Origin: Candidatus Bathyarchaeota archaeon
Lineage (GTDB): Archaea; Thermoproteota; Bathyarchaeia; 40CM-2-53-6
Assembly (NCBI GenBank): GCA_963733055.1
Contig: CAVTBR010000001.1
Coordinates: 1,508,809 to 1,572,808, forward strand
DNA: 64,000 nt
Direction of reading: 5' to 3'
Position numbers and translations under genes: made by a program. This document shows, piece after piece, positions 22,474 through 33,090 of the stretch (position 1 is the first letter of the stretch; each line of letters starts with the position of its first letter). The notes beneath the pieces are model-generated. The model made no database searches. It was not told where the DNA came from and saw only the letters and a program-made list of their open reading frames with translations.

Positions 22474-23619
22474 ATGTCGCCAGATGTGACTCACTTGTCG
22501 GACGATGTAATCTCGCTTCTTGCAGACCTAGTGAGGATTCCAAGCGTATGTGGAGAAGAAGGTAAAATCGCGGAATTCATTGCGAATTGGCTTACGGAAA
22601 ATGGACTACCTTCCGAGATTCTTCAAGTAAAGCCAGGTAGACCCAACGTGCTTAGCAGAGTAAAGGCCGAGCGGGAAGGGCCTTGCCTGATGCTCAACGG
22701 CCACATGGACACAGTTGCACCCGGCATCGGATGGGAACATGATCCGTTCGGTGCAGAAATCGAGAGTGGCCGAATGTATGGTCGCGGCACAGTTGACATG
22801 AAGTCGGGCTTGGCCTCCATGCTCTCCGCAGTGGCAGAGTGCAATCGTGAAGGCTTACCGAAGAAGGGGGAAGTAATCTTGGCTGCCGTCGTGGATGAAG
22901 AGGCGTTCGATTTGGGGTCCTATGCGCTGGTTCAGAGGGGTATAACGAAAGGCGTAGATTTGGCGATGGTCTCCGAAGCAAGCGACCTCAATGTTGTTAC
23001 CGCACATCGCGGTAGAACTGTAATGCAAGTGGTAATTCATGGCAAACCCGCCCACTCAATGTGGCCCAGACATGGCGTCAGCGCAATAGCCGGCGGAGCA
23101 ACCATCGTCAACGCCATATCAGAACTCAGTAGCCCTACTCATCCAAAGATGGGACATTCAACCGTCAACGTCTTGAAGATTGAGGGAGGGCAGGAGGAAG
23201 TGATGCTCGTGCCAGACCGCTGCAGAATTGTAATTGATCGATGCCTAGTCCCAGGTCACAATTCAAAAGACGCCCTTGAAGATCTCAACACGATGATCAA
23301 AAAACTCGGAATAGATGCTGAAGCGACTTTCATTGACCGCGAGACTCCATTCTGCGAACCCTTCGAGATACCGAACGACAACAAGTATGTACAGTTGGTC
23401 GTTGGCGCCGCAGCCAGAGTTCTTGGAAAAACGCCGGAAATAGATTTCCACGAAGGTCCCTGCGACTCATGCATTCTGGTAAACCAAGGAAAAGTGCCGA
23501 CTTTGGAGTTCGGGCCATCAGGCGGACGGCTGCATGAATCCGACGAATTCGTTAACCTTGAATCTGTAAGAAAAACCACCAAGGTCTACAAGGAAGTCAT
23601 CAGGACACTGCTCTCTTGA
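22474..23619 (+). CDS. M20-family metallopeptidase (ArgE/DapE-like deacylase)
   Basis: NGHMDTV, GRGTVDMKSG, VDEE, FGP...H..DE motifs. Confidence 0.92.
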   Translation: MSPDVTHLSDDVISLLADLVRIPSVCGEEGKIAEFIANWLTENGLPSEILQVKPGRPNVLSRVKAEREGPCLMLNGHMDTVAPGIGWEHDPFGAEIESGRMYGRGTVDMKSGLASMLSAVAECNREGLPKKGEVILAAVVDEEAFDLGSYALVQRGITKGVDLAMVSEASDLNVVTAHRGRTVMQVVIHGKPAHSMWPRHGVSAIAGGATIVNAISELSSPTHPKMGHSTVNVLKIEGGQEEVMLVPDRCRIVIDRCLVPGHNSKDALEDLNTMIKKLGIDAEATFIDRETPFCEPFEIPNDNKYVQLVVGAAARVLGKTPEIDFHEGPCDSCILVNQGKVPTLEFGPSGGRLHESDEFVNLESVRKTTKVYKEVIRTLLS

Positions 23620-23656
23620 ACCGGCATAACTCGACCACCGTTAACGGGTAGAACCC

Positions 23657-24655
23657 TTAGGAGTCGAGGTCGAATCGAGTTCCGACACCTAACCTGCAGG
23701 CTTTCTTGAACACAACCGCCGCGACGGCGGCGTCCTGGATTCCTAAGCCCACTGCCTTGAAAAGTGTCTTTTCCTCCTGTGATGTTCGGCCTGCTTTCTT
23801 TCCCGATACTATCTCTCCGAGTTGTGCCCAAATGTTCTCGCGCTGAATTACCCCTTCTTTCATGGGGATGATTATGTCCCCCGCTTCCGCTAGGGCTGCG
23901 TCCAGGGAATCAACCACGATCTTGGAGCTGGCAATTGTCTCGCTGTCGACTTCTCGTGATGAAGGCGTGAAAGCTCCAATCGCGTTGACATGCGTCCCAG
24001 GCCCTATGCTGTGGCCATTGAAGACAGGTGTTGCAGAGGTTGTGGCCGTGACGATGATATCGGATCCTTGAACAACTTCTTCCGGAGTGTTTGCGGCAGA
24101 GGCGCTAATGTCGCCTTGGGCAGTTGCTTCTGTGATGAATTCTCTCATCACCTCATTTCTCGTATCGAACACCAACACGGATTGGATCTCTCTAACTTCC
24201 TTGATGGCTTGAAATTGTTTCCTGGCTTGAACTCCCGCTCCAAAAATGCCCAGTCTATGTGCGTTACTGCGGGCAAGGTATTTCGTTGCGACTCCTGAGA
24301 CTGCTCCAGTTCTCATCGCTGTAATCTGTGAACCTTCCATTACTGCCTCTACCCGACCGGTCTCTACATCGTTTAGAACTACTGCGGCCAGCACGTTTGG
24401 GATTCCGTATCTTGTGGCGTTGTTTTGATAGACGGTAACTATTTTCGATGTCAACGATCCGGCTTTTGCGAGGTATGCGGGCATAACTCCTAGCCAACCT
24501 TGCTTTTCTGATATCGACATGCTGAGTCTTGTCGGCACCGTGGCGGTTCCCAGAGCAAGTTCCCTGAACGCTTTTTCAACCGCCTCAATGCTCTCGGCCA
24601 TCGATAGCAGCGAGCTTACTTGGCTCTTGGAGAGGAGAAGAACCATCGCTTGCAT
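23657..24655 (-). CDS. Ornithine cyclodeaminase/mu-crystallin family (archaeal alanine dehydrogenase-like)
   Basis: MPAYL, ITAMRTGA, GAGVQA, HVNAIG, GLGIQD motifs. Confidence 0.9.
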   Translation of the reverse strand: MQAMVLLLSKSQVSSLLSMAESIEAVEKAFRELALGTATVPTRLSMSISEKQGWLGVMPAYLAKAGSLTSKIVTVYQNNATRYGIPNVLAAVVLNDVETGRVEAVMEGSQITAMRTGAVSGVATKYLARSNAHRLGIFGAGVQARKQFQAIKEVREIQSVLVFDTRNEVMREFITEATAQGDISASAANTPEEVVQGSDIIVTATTSATPVFNGHSIGPGTHVNAIGAFTPSSREVDSETIASSKIVVDSLDAALAEAGDIIIPMKEGVIQRENIWAQLGEIVSGKKAGRTSQEEKTLFKAVGLGIQDAAVAAVVFKKACRLGVGTRFDLDS

Positions 24656-24699
24656 CTCTCAAGTGAGTAGACAGATTCGATTGGAGTGTTTTTAGTGGT

Positions 24700-25569
24700 T
24701 TACTCCATGAACTTTGACGGGCGTGGTTTCTTTTTCTTGCGTGAAAGGAGAACAACGGTAACGAGGGCGACGACTGCCGCGGCTAAAGTGAATGTGAATG
24801 ACGGTTGATTCCAGAAGTGATTTTGTGATAGACAATTATTGTTCGGTACCACGTTTTGAGGCGCTATCCCTGTTGCCTGTTTAATGGCAGGGTACCATTC
24901 AAGGTATGGAATCTGCGAGGGCAACGTTGCGGGTTCGTCGACCGAGAATTTGCATCCTTCTCCTAGAAGGTAGACGCCGTAAAGGTTGAGTGTTGACGGG
25001 TGCGAGAGTTCTCCGCCCGTGTAGGCGTCCTGCGACGGGGACATAAGGTCCGTAAGAATTTGTGTGTGATCCAAACCCAGTACATGTCCGAGCTCATGTT
25101 CCAACACCTGAACCAGATCATTAGGAGTTTGAAGCCTGCTTATGACTAACAATATTGTCTCATTCGAGATCGATCCAGATGTCGGTGTCTCAGTAATCCC
25201 CGACCAAATTTGGCCCGAGTCCGCGACGTAAACGATCGTAACTTGGGGGTTGGCGTTGTTCTTGCTATCTACAAGTGAGAATTCCGCATTGGTTTGATTT
25301 GGGAAGTATGTGTGAATAAACCAATCCTGTGCATTGTTCCAGTCAGCCATGGCTGTGTCGATTGCAGCTGGCGCCCAGGCGGGTGAAGAGGGAATACTAA
25401 CGAGTATTTCATGTGTGCTCCAACTCACACCCAGCATCGGCTGAGAGTATGTTTGCGCTTGGACGACCGGTAACGTTGCGAAAATGAACACGAGTGCTAG
25501 AGCTTGGGCCTTCAACCGCTTCACTTCTGAGGCACAAGTGAAAGCGACCATGAAATAATGTCCAATCAC
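24700..25569 (-). CDS. Membrane-anchored matrixin-like zinc metalloprotease
   Basis: HELGHVLGLDH and Met-turn LMSP; signal peptide; C-terminal TM followed by a basic tail. Confidence 0.85.
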   Translation of the reverse strand: MIGHYFMVAFTCASEVKRLKAQALALVFIFATLPVVQAQTYSQPMLGVSWSTHEILVSIPSSPAWAPAAIDTAMADWNNAQDWFIHTYFPNQTNAEFSLVDSKNNANPQVTIVYVADSGQIWSGITETPTSGSISNETILLVISRLQTPNDLVQVLEHELGHVLGLDHTQILTDLMSPSQDAYTGGELSHPSTLNLYGVYLLGEGCKFSVDEPATLPSQIPYLEWYPAIKQATGIAPQNVVPNNNCLSQNHFWNQPSFTFTLAAAVVALVTVVLLSRKKKKPRPSKFME

Positions 25570-25601
25570 TTGACCAACGGTTTGGCGGGAGCGACCTACT
25601 T

Positions 25602-26348
25602 TTATTCTGACATCAAACCAAGATAAAGACGTGCGATTTCTTTGTGAGCAAGTAAGTCCTTAGCAGGTCCTTCAAAGTTTCTCTTGCCACTCACTAGCAG
25701 GTATGCTTGGTCTCCTATCTCTAGAGCTCTCTTTGCGTTTTGCTCGACCAGCAGTACCGTCATGTTCATTGTGTCAGCTAACGATGAGATTGTCGTCAGA
25801 ACCTGTGTTGCGATTCTTGGGGCGAGGTTGGCCGTGGGCTCATCGAACATCATGATGGTGGGTTTTCGCAGGAGTGCCATCGCCATCGCGAGCATCTGCC
25901 GTTCCCCTCCGCTCAGGTTTGTAGCTTTCGTGGAAAGATACTTCCTAAGCTGAGGGAAGACCTCCAGCACCTCATTCTCGCGGCCTTCGGCTTGCTCGCG
26001 GTTGAGCGTGTAGGCGGCCAAAGTGATGTTCTCTTGGGTCGTTAGATTTGTGAAAACGTTTTCAGTTTGAGGGAGATACGCGACACCCATTCGTGCAATA
26101 ACATGTGGAGGAAGATTAGTTAGCTCCTTTTCCCCATCCATTTTGATGGCGCCGCCGAAGATCGTGGTAAGTCCAGAGATACTTTTCAGGAGGGTGCTCT
26201 TTCCGGATCCGTTAGGCCCTACGATCACTGTCACTTCACTGGGTTTAGCTTCCATTGAAATGCCATTTAGCACCTGTAGTTTTCCGTAGCCGGCGAGTAG
26301 GTCCTTGACTTGCAGCATTTTTCTAAACTCCCAGATATGATTCCACAA
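25602..26348 (-). CDS. livF: Branched-chain amino acid ABC transporter ATPase
   Basis: GPNGSGKST, LSGGERQMLA, DEPT, LLVEQNA; true start probably near MLQVKD. Confidence 0.9.
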   Translation of the reverse strand: MWNHIWEFRKMLQVKDLLAGYGKLQVLNGISMEAKPSEVTVIVGPNGSGKSTLLKSISGLTTIFGGAIKMDGEKELTNLPPHVIARMGVAYLPQTENVFTNLTTQENITLAAYTLNREQAEGRENEVLEVFPQLRKYLSTKATNLSGGERQMLAMAMALLRKPTIMMFDEPTANLAPRIATQVLTTISSLADTMNMTVLLVEQNAKRALEIGDQAYLLVSGKRNFEGPAKDLLAHKEIARLYLGLMSE

Positions 26349-27081
26349 CCTTCTTGTCGCTAACGACTTCGTTAGGCGGTCCGGCGGCGATGACTCTGCC
26401 CAGTGCCATTGCTGTCATGTGGTCGACATACCTCATCGCAATGTCTAGTCTATGCTCTACTATGAAGAATGATAATCCAGATTCGTCCCTTAATTTCAGG
26501 ATCTTGGAAAAGATATCATGGGCTAAAGTTGGGTTGACCCCAGAGACAGGCTCATCGAGGAGAATGAGCTTCGAATCGCTCATAAGTGCTCGGCCCATCT
26601 CAAGGAGTTTCATCTGCCCTCCGCTGAGGAGATAGGACGGCGTGTCAGCTTGCCCCATCAAGCCTAAGGTTTGTAGAATTCGCCCTGCCTTCTCAACCGC
26701 TGCCTCCTCATTTCGCACCCAGAACTTCTTGAACAGAGCTTTGTTGAAAGAGTCGCCCGGGTTTCCCTTCTCCGCCACGAGGAGATTCTCAAGGACCGTT
26801 AGCTTCGAAAACAATGCAGGTATCTGGAAGGTTCTCGCGATCCCCATTCTATACAGGGAGTGGGGAGTCATGCCCGTAATGTCCATCGAATTGTACTTGA
26901 CGTTGCCCGAATCGGGTTTGTAGAATCCTGTTATTACATTGATTAGGGTCGTCTTTCCCGATCCGTTCGGCCCGATTAGAATACTTACGGTTTTCTCGCC
27001 CACATTTAACGTTACGCCATCGAGCGCGGCGAGTCGGCCAAATGATTTCCGTAGATCAGTTACTTGAAGTATAGTTGACAG
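26323..27081 (-). CDS. livG: Branched-chain amino acid ABC transporter ATPase (inferred CTG start)
   Basis: GPNGSGKTT, GIARTFQ, DEP, VEH; frame extends upstream as (L)STILQVTDLRKSFGRLAALDGV to CTG at 27081. Confidence 0.88.
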   Translation of the reverse strand: MSTILQVTDLRKSFGRLAALDGVTLNVGEKTVSILIGPNGSGKTTLINVITGFYKPDSGNVKYNSMDITGMTPHSLYRMGIARTFQIPALFSKLTVLENLLVAEKGNPGDSFNKALFKKFWVRNEEAAVEKAGRILQTLGLMGQADTPSYLLSGGQMKLLEMGRALMSDSKLILLDEPVSGVNPTLAHDIFSKILKLRDESGLSFFIVEHRLDIAMRYVDHMTAMALGRVIAAGPPNEVVSDKKVVESYLGV

Positions 27082-27091
27082 ATTACATCAC

Positions 27092-27124
27092 AAAAAAGGG
27101 AGGTTAGCTGGAGTTAATCCAGCT
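27092..27124 (-). terminator. Hairpin plus T-tract after the substrate-binding protein gene
   Basis: AGCTGGA-ttaac-TCCAGCT stem followed by T6 on the minus strand. Confidence 0.5.
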
Positions 27125-27127
27125 CGT

Positions 27128-28438
27128 TTAAGTGCTCATTGTGTAGGCTGCTGCGTCGGCGGATGAACTCCAGGTGCCAACATTCACCCATGTGTAGGAC
27201 GTGGCGTTGACACTTTGGACTTCCCAAATGTCGTAGTCGGATATTGCCCTGTCTCCGTTTGCATTGAGGTCTGGCCAACCTGCGACTCCGTAGTAGTTGT
27301 TCGCGACACCAGCGATGTTCTTCTGAACTGCAACTCCATCATTCTTGCCAACGGACAAGATTGTGAGCGCTGCAACCCAGGCGGCATCGTACGCTGAATA
27401 TGCGTATGCGTCTGGTTGTCCGCCGTACGTGGATACGTAGCGGCTGGTAAATGCTGCGTACTTGTCGCCCCTAGTGGGTGCGTAGATTGTACTTAGTGAT
27501 TTGACTTGGGTGGCTGTACTGCCTGCGGTCGAAGAGACGGTCGAACTTTGGGCTGTTCCGTCCGTTCCGAACCAAACTGCTTTGGTCAGGTCTGGGTAGC
27601 TTGATAGCTGTTGGTAGATTACTGACAGTTCGTCGAAAGCTACTGCGATGATTGCGACTTTGCTAGCGCCGTATTTGGCGACTGCAGCGGTGTAGTCGCT
27701 CTTTGCGGTAGTTAGTTGGGCCGAAAAGTCATAGGTTCCGGATGAGATCGGGGTATACTGGATTGTATCGACGACGGTTCCACCGAGCGCTTGGTACCTT
27801 GATTCAATGGCGCCGCTGAGGCCGTCACCCCATGTATCATGGCGGGCGATGACTATGGCGTCTTGAATGCCGTATTCCCAAACTACACGTGCGACTGCTT
27901 TGCTTTGCGCGAAATCGGTTGGGACCAACCTAAAGAGGAAATCATTCGGGATTCCTAAGTTCTCAGCAGTCGAGGATTGGCTGATGAGGACTAGGTGGTT
28001 GGTGTTGGCGTAGGGTAGCACGTTTCTTACCTCGGCGCTTGTCATTGGGCCAATGTAGACCTGAATTCCTTGGGCGGCTAGGGTTTGAAGTTTCGACAAA
28101 CATGTAGCTGGGTCTGTCGCGGTGTCTTCGTGGGTTACCGCGAACTGGACGCTCATGCCCGTTGTCGACAACCAGGAGTTGATGTCTGTTATGGCCATGT
28201 CAACAGAGTTCTTGCTTCTTTGACCATACGCTGACAAGTCTCCGGTTAGTGCAACAAGGTCACCGATCGTGATGGTGCCAGAGAGTCCTGGTGCCACTGT
28301 TGCCGTCATGCTTGTGCTGGATGTTCCTGTCAGCCCCAACGAGGGAGCTGCCGCGTACATTACGACCATGCCGACTAGTAGACCGACGATTAGAGTAGCA
28401 ATTGCCATTTTCGAGGATGATTTCTTGCTTTCTGACAT
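27128..28438 (-). CDS. livK: Branched-chain amino acid ABC substrate-binding protein
   Basis: N-terminal anchor; IG.L..LTGDLS..G, IGPMTS, FRLVPTD, AYDA motifs. Confidence 0.88.
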   Translation of the reverse strand: MSESKKSSSKMAIATLIVGLLVGMVVMYAAAPSLGLTGTSSTSMTATVAPGLSGTITIGDLVALTGDLSAYGQRSKNSVDMAITDINSWLSTTGMSVQFAVTHEDTATDPATCLSKLQTLAAQGIQVYIGPMTSAEVRNVLPYANTNHLVLISQSSTAENLGIPNDFLFRLVPTDFAQSKAVARVVWEYGIQDAIVIARHDTWGDGLSGAIESRYQALGGTVVDTIQYTPISSGTYDFSAQLTTAKSDYTAAVAKYGASKVAIIAVAFDELSVIYQQLSSYPDLTKAVWFGTDGTAQSSTVSSTAGSTATQVKSLSTIYAPTRGDKYAAFTSRYVSTYGGQPDAYAYSAYDAAWVAALTILSVGKNDGVAVQKNIAGVANNYYGVAGWPDLNANGDRAISDYDIWEVQSVNATSYTWVNVGTWSSSADAAAYTMST

Positions 28439-28553
28439 AGAAATTCCTTAAACCTAAACCGGGCGTTGGAAAGATATTTAACACTTCCCACAGAGTACTA
28501 CTAAGCCCTTTCAGGCTAAGCTGAGTGAACATATCTCTGGCCTAGAGCCGTTT

Positions 28554-29465
28554 ATGGCAGACGCGTTAGTCTACGGTTGTCTATTTGCCCTGATGGCTAT
28601 GGGCCTGACGCTAACGTACATGACCACGAAGGTCCCGAATTTCGCACACGGGTCTTTCGTTACGGTCGGGGTTTATCTCACTTTCACGCTTTTTCATTTT
28701 GATAATTTGTCAGCCTACTACTCCATCCCATTCTCATTCCTGCTCGTAGGGGCGACGGGAGCTGCCATGTATCGCATGGTTCTAAAGCCATTGTCCGCAA
28801 GAGGCGCCTCTTTGGTTTCATTGATGATAGCAACGCTCGCAATTGACATTGCGTTCATAGGAATCTTCGGTATCTTCTCGGACATGCTTTCCAATGTGTA
28901 CAAGGTCTTCAACAGCAAATTCTTCCTTCTAGCAAATACGGACATCAGCATCTTCGGTTTGAGAGGCTTGACGTTGGTAGCGCCGATTTTTGTTGTGTTG
29001 GTCACGATAATTCTATGGCTATCATTAACCAAGACTAAGTTCGGAATTGCGATGCGCACCGCGGTTGAGAATCCAAGCCTAGCTGGGGTTCTCGGGATTA
29101 ATATTGAACGTGTGTACCTTGTTTCTTGGTTTGTTGCTGGCGGATTAGCGGGGCTCGCTGGGTCCCTTATGGTTCTGTGGCTTCCTGGGAATCCTCACGT
29201 TGGGTCAGATTTCATCGTAGCGATTTTCGCGTCTAGCATTCTCGGCGGTCTTCTGAGTGTGTACGGGGCAGTAATCGGGGGGCTGATGGTGGGAGGGTTA
29301 ACGGTGCTTCTTACCGTCTATGCCGGTGAGCTTCTGGGGTCGTGGGTTTCGGCTTGGGAGGTCGCGATGCCGATGTTGATCATGGCGGTGTCGCTTTTGG
29401 TAGTCCCGCAGGGTGTCACGGGAGTAAACTGGAAACGCTTGCTTGCAGCTATCCGGAAGCGATGA
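28554..29465 (+). CDS. livH: Branched-chain amino acid ABC permease
   Basis: ALMAMGLTL...NFAHG, TKFGIAMR..EN...A..LGIN. Confidence 0.9.
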   Translation: MADALVYGCLFALMAMGLTLTYMTTKVPNFAHGSFVTVGVYLTFTLFHFDNLSAYYSIPFSFLLVGATGAAMYRMVLKPLSARGASLVSLMIATLAIDIAFIGIFGIFSDMLSNVYKVFNSKFFLLANTDISIFGLRGLTLVAPIFVVLVTIILWLSLTKTKFGIAMRTAVENPSLAGVLGINIERVYLVSWFVAGGLAGLAGSLMVLWLPGNPHVGSDFIVAIFASSILGGLLSVYGAVIGGLMVGGLTVLLTVYAGELLGSWVSAWEVAMPMLIMAVSLLVVPQGVTGVNWKRLLAAIRKR

Positions 29466-30577
29466 ATACTATGTCGCTCCCAAGCATAATATTTCTTGGC
29501 ATTAACGTCGTGCTCTTCGGCCTGGATTTGCTCGCGTTCTTCGCCCTCTATTTAGCCATCAGTCTAACTTTGAACTTAGAATTTGGTTATACTGGCATTG
29601 CGAATTTCGGTAAAGTATTGTTCATAGCGGCAGGTGCCGCCATTGGCGGATCGTTTGCTGGTAGATTCGCTGCATGGATCTTCAACGTAAGTACGCAGGG
29701 CGATTTCATAACCAACAACGCGAGTATTATGCCGCAAGTCGATGCGGCCTTAAGCAGAAGCATTCCCGCATCGATTGGGCTTCTACTTGTTTCCGTACTC
29801 GTGGCAGCGGGAGTTGGTGCCTTGTTCGGTTTCCTGTTCTCGTACCCCGCTATCAGGCTCAAGCAGGATTACTTGGCGATGACGCTGCTAGCTATGGCGC
29901 AGTTCTTCCAGATCTTTCTTAACAATTATTACCCGTTGATCGGTGGGAGTTTGGGGTTGGAGCTCCCGGATCCGTATGTTTGGGCTGGGGACCTTAGGTA
30001 TGTCGTTGCGACGGGAGTGCTGGTGTTATTCGCCGCGCTCGTCTACATCTATTGCGAAAGGATAGCGCATGCTCCGCTTGCGAGAACATTGAGGGCGGTG
30101 CGGGACAATGAATCTGCATCGGAAGCGTTGGGTAAGGACGATGTTGCTATTCGACGAAAGACTTTGATGGTTGCATCGGCCATTAGCGCAATCGCTGGGC
30201 TGCTATACTCATTCTATACCGTAGACGTGCTTCCCGCAACTTTCGGCCGTGTAGTTTGGACTTTCTGGCCGTGGGTGATGGTAATCATGGGTGGGGCGGC
30301 GAACAATTTAGGCGTAGGGATCGGTGTCTTCGTCTTCTGGTTTATGATCAAGGCCATCGATTCAGGAAAATTCATCTTCTCGCGCTACATTCCGTTTGAC
30401 GTCACTTGGCTCGAATACTTGCTGATAGGTGGAATTCTAGTCGTAATTTTGCTGCTAAGACCAGAAGGTATTCTGCCCGAGAAATCTACTCCGACTCTGC
30501 CTAAATCGAGACTTCGAGCGATCTTAGCGAAGTATGGGAAAAAGCCCGAGGATATTCCGAAAGCCAGCACCGCATGA
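29462..30577 (+). CDS. livM: Branched-chain amino acid ABC permease
   Basis: LNLEFGYTGIANFG, RL..DYLA, LRAVRDNE.A..ALG, RPEGILPE; start at ATG 29462 overlaps the upstream stop. Confidence 0.9.
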   Translation: MNTMSLPSIIFLGINVVLFGLDLLAFFALYLAISLTLNLEFGYTGIANFGKVLFIAAGAAIGGSFAGRFAAWIFNVSTQGDFITNNASIMPQVDAALSRSIPASIGLLLVSVLVAAGVGALFGFLFSYPAIRLKQDYLAMTLLAMAQFFQIFLNNYYPLIGGSLGLELPDPYVWAGDLRYVVATGVLVLFAALVYIYCERIAHAPLARTLRAVRDNESASEALGKDDVAIRRKTLMVASAISAIAGLLYSFYTVDVLPATFGRVVWTFWPWVMVIMGGAANNLGVGIGVFVFWFMIKAIDSGKFIFSRYIPFDVTWLEYLLIGGILVVILLLRPEGILPEKSTPTLPKSRLRAILAKYGKKPEDIPKASTA

Positions 30578-30617
30578 TGAAATCTTCGGTTACAGTCCTC
30601 TCCGGCGAGCCTTCAGG

Positions 30618-30869
30618 TTAGCTCTTTCTCTTATTCCTGCGTTTCACGATTGAGTACGTCGCGAAAGAAAGAAGCAAGGCTGCGAGGAGGAGTAGAACGG
30701 GTGCGAGTGGTCTGCAGGAACTCGGTGGAGAATTCAACGGGTAGTCCATGCACTCGGAAAATGGGGATGGTTGCGATGGGCCTGAAGCAAGGAATGCTAT
30801 CAGCAAACCGACAGATACTGAAAGAACAATGGTGATCATGACTCCGACGGCTAGCCGCAAATCCCACAC
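30618..30869 (-). CDS. Small two-TM hypothetical protein
   Basis: Two hydrophobic helices and a basic tail. Confidence 0.45.
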   Translation of the reverse strand: MWDLRLAVGVMITIVLSVSVGLLIAFLASGPSQPSPFSECMDYPLNSPPSSCRPLAPVLLLLAALLLSFATYSIVKRRNKRKS

Positions 30870-30995
30870 TCGACAACTCAGGCTTTTCCTTGGATAGCAT
30901 ATAACCGAATCGGGTCCTCGCTCATGATAGTCGGAATCTTAAACGATCCCCTAAGTTAGGAGAAGCCGAATGCAACCCCTATTCGTGGAGCTGCT

Positions 30996-32384
30996 GTGTT
31001 GAGCGGAATTAGACGAACTTTAGATTCACGTTTACCGCCCAAACACGATGAAAGTCGAAAAGTGACTAAACTCGAGGGACTCGCCGCATTTTCTCCTGAT
31101 GCACTTTCATCTATTGGATATGCTAATCAGGAGATCTATCTGGGGCTGGTTGTCGCTGGGAGCGTTGGGCTCGCTCTAGCATTTCCCATTGCTCTGACGA
31201 TTACCGTGCTTCTGTCACTTCTGGCCGTATCTTACTACCAGATTACGCAAGCATTCCCTTCTGGGGGAGGATCGTATACAGTCGCCCGCACAAACTTCGG
31301 AACGGTCCCCGGCTTAGTGGCTGCAGCTGCGCTGATTGTCGACTATTTACTGAACGTTGCGGTGAGTCTGACAACAGGCGTTGACGCTATTACTTCAGCT
31401 TTCCCGCAACTGTTGTCCGACAAAGTCGTCTTATCCTTGCTACTTCTGGCCGCCATAACACTCCTGAATCTGAGAGGTATGCGTGAAACCGGTATTGTGA
31501 TGGCCATCCCTGTGTATCTATTCATTCTAGCCTACCTGTCTATGCTGACTTATGGTGGAATACGTCTCGCGATTCAGGGACCAGTATCAGTCGCCCCTAC
31601 TACACTTCCAGCCATAGAACCCCTAACCACACTCCTCCTGCTGCGCACCTTTTCTACTGGGTGCACCGCGGTGACCGGGATTGAGGCTATCAGTAACGGT
31701 GTTCGGTCTTTCCGTTCTCCCTCGGCGAAGAATGCGGGGGAGACGATGATGATTATGCCCCTCCTAATGGGCACCCTATTTCTAGGAAGCGTTGGGCTTA
31801 CGCAAATTCTCGGAGTCACCGCCGGCCCCCAGGAAACGATTCTATCCGCCTTAACTCGACACCTGCTGGGAAGCGGCCCGGCATATCTGATAATACAAGC
31901 TGTTACACTGATAATGCTCACTGTCGGAGCAAACACCAGTTTTGTCGGCTTACCACGTCTCTTAAGCGTCATGGCAAAAGACAATTTTCTTCCCAAGCCA
32001 ATGGCCAAAGTCAACTCTCGCGGAGTATTCGGTTATGGAATTTTGTTATTGGCATTGGCAGCGGGAATTTTGATCGTAGCGTTCTCGGGAAGCAGCCATG
32101 AGTTGGTTCCTTTGTTTGCCGTAGGCGTGTTTCTTGCCTACACCCTTTCACAGACTGGCATGGTGCGGCACTGGTACCGCCAACGGGGTAGAAGATGGAA
32201 ATTGAAGGCGGTCTTGAATGGTGTTGGAGCTCTCGTGACTGGAGTGACTTTCATTATAGTTGGCTTCACGAAATTCGCTGGCGGAGCTTGGATTGCTCTT
32301 CTTCTGATACCGATGCTCGTCCTTCTCTTCATGCAGATTCACAGCCGTCGCAAAGAAAATCTCGGGCCAACAGTTTCACAATAA
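30996..32384 (+). CDS. APC-family permease (KimA/YdaO-like), apparently lacking the cytoplasmic C-terminal domain
   Basis: DALSS..YA..E, SY.Q...AFPSGGGSY.VA, GCTA.TGIEAISNGV motifs. Confidence 0.85.
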   Translation: MLSGIRRTLDSRLPPKHDESRKVTKLEGLAAFSPDALSSIGYANQEIYLGLVVAGSVGLALAFPIALTITVLLSLLAVSYYQITQAFPSGGGSYTVARTNFGTVPGLVAAAALIVDYLLNVAVSLTTGVDAITSAFPQLLSDKVVLSLLLLAAITLLNLRGMRETGIVMAIPVYLFILAYLSMLTYGGIRLAIQGPVSVAPTTLPAIEPLTTLLLLRTFSTGCTAVTGIEAISNGVRSFRSPSAKNAGETMMIMPLLMGTLFLGSVGLTQILGVTAGPQETILSALTRHLLGSGPAYLIIQAVTLIMLTVGANTSFVGLPRLLSVMAKDNFLPKPMAKVNSRGVFGYGILLLALAAGILIVAFSGSSHELVPLFAVGVFLAYTLSQTGMVRHWYRQRGRRWKLKAVLNGVGALVTGVTFIIVGFTKFAGGAWIALLLIPMLVLLFMQIHSRRKENLGPTVSQ

Positions 32385-32512
32385 CGTACTAGCCATACGC
32401 TTCGCTTTCTTTTGCAAGGTTTTCGCGCCATGTTAATGCTGTTTTGATCTAGAACTTCTCTGACAGAGCAACTTTATATCGACCAGGTTATCGTTGAACG
32501 GTGTGGTCAACG

Positions 32513-32722
32513 ATGGAGACTGTGACCGTATCCAAGAAATTCCAGGTTGTGATACCCGAGAGGTTGCGTAAGGAAGCGGGGATCAGGCCAGGCGATAAGA
32601 TGCTTGCAATCGCCAAGCATGGTGTTCTACAGTATGTTCCTGTGCGTTCGCTAAAGGATACCAAGGGCATGGTACCCGGGCTTAATCCGAGAGGTCTGCG
32701 CGACGAGTCAGACAGAATTTGA
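32513..32722 (+). CDS. vapB: AbrB/MazE-family antitoxin
   Basis: VTVSKKFQVVIP..LR...GI.PGD. Confidence 0.88.
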   Translation: METVTVSKKFQVVIPERLRKEAGIRPGDKMLAIAKHGVLQYVPVRSLKDTKGMVPGLNPRGLRDESDRI

Positions 32723-33090
32723 TCGGCATAGATAGCTACGGCTGGATAGAACGGTTTACAAATGGGCCAAAAGCGGAGCAGTACAATAGAATCATCGACA
32801 AAGTTCGGCCTGAAGAAATCGTTACCTCCGTCGTCGTCATCTATGAAGTGTACAGGAAGGTGAAGCAATTCAAAGGGGAGGAAGTAGCCTTGGAGGCGGT
32901 TGCAAGCTTGAGTCAAACAAAAGTCGTGGAGGTTGACCAAACGCTATCCCTCGAGGCTGCGGATTACAGCCTGTCACACGGACTCCACTTTGCGGACGCA
33001 CTCATCTTTGCGACTGCTCAACATTTTGGTGCTGAACTGCACACGAGCGACCCGGATCTCAGAGGGTTGAAGTCAGTTACGTTCATCTAG
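32719..33090 (+). CDS. vapC: PIN-domain toxin
   Basis: IDSYGWIE, IYEV, ADALI, TSDPD; overlaps the antitoxin stop. Confidence 0.9.
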   Translation: MIGIDSYGWIERFTNGPKAEQYNRIIDKVRPEEIVTSVVVIYEVYRKVKQFKGEEVALEAVASLSQTKVVEVDQTLSLEAADYSLSHGLHFADALIFATAQHFGAELHTSDPDLRGLKSVTFI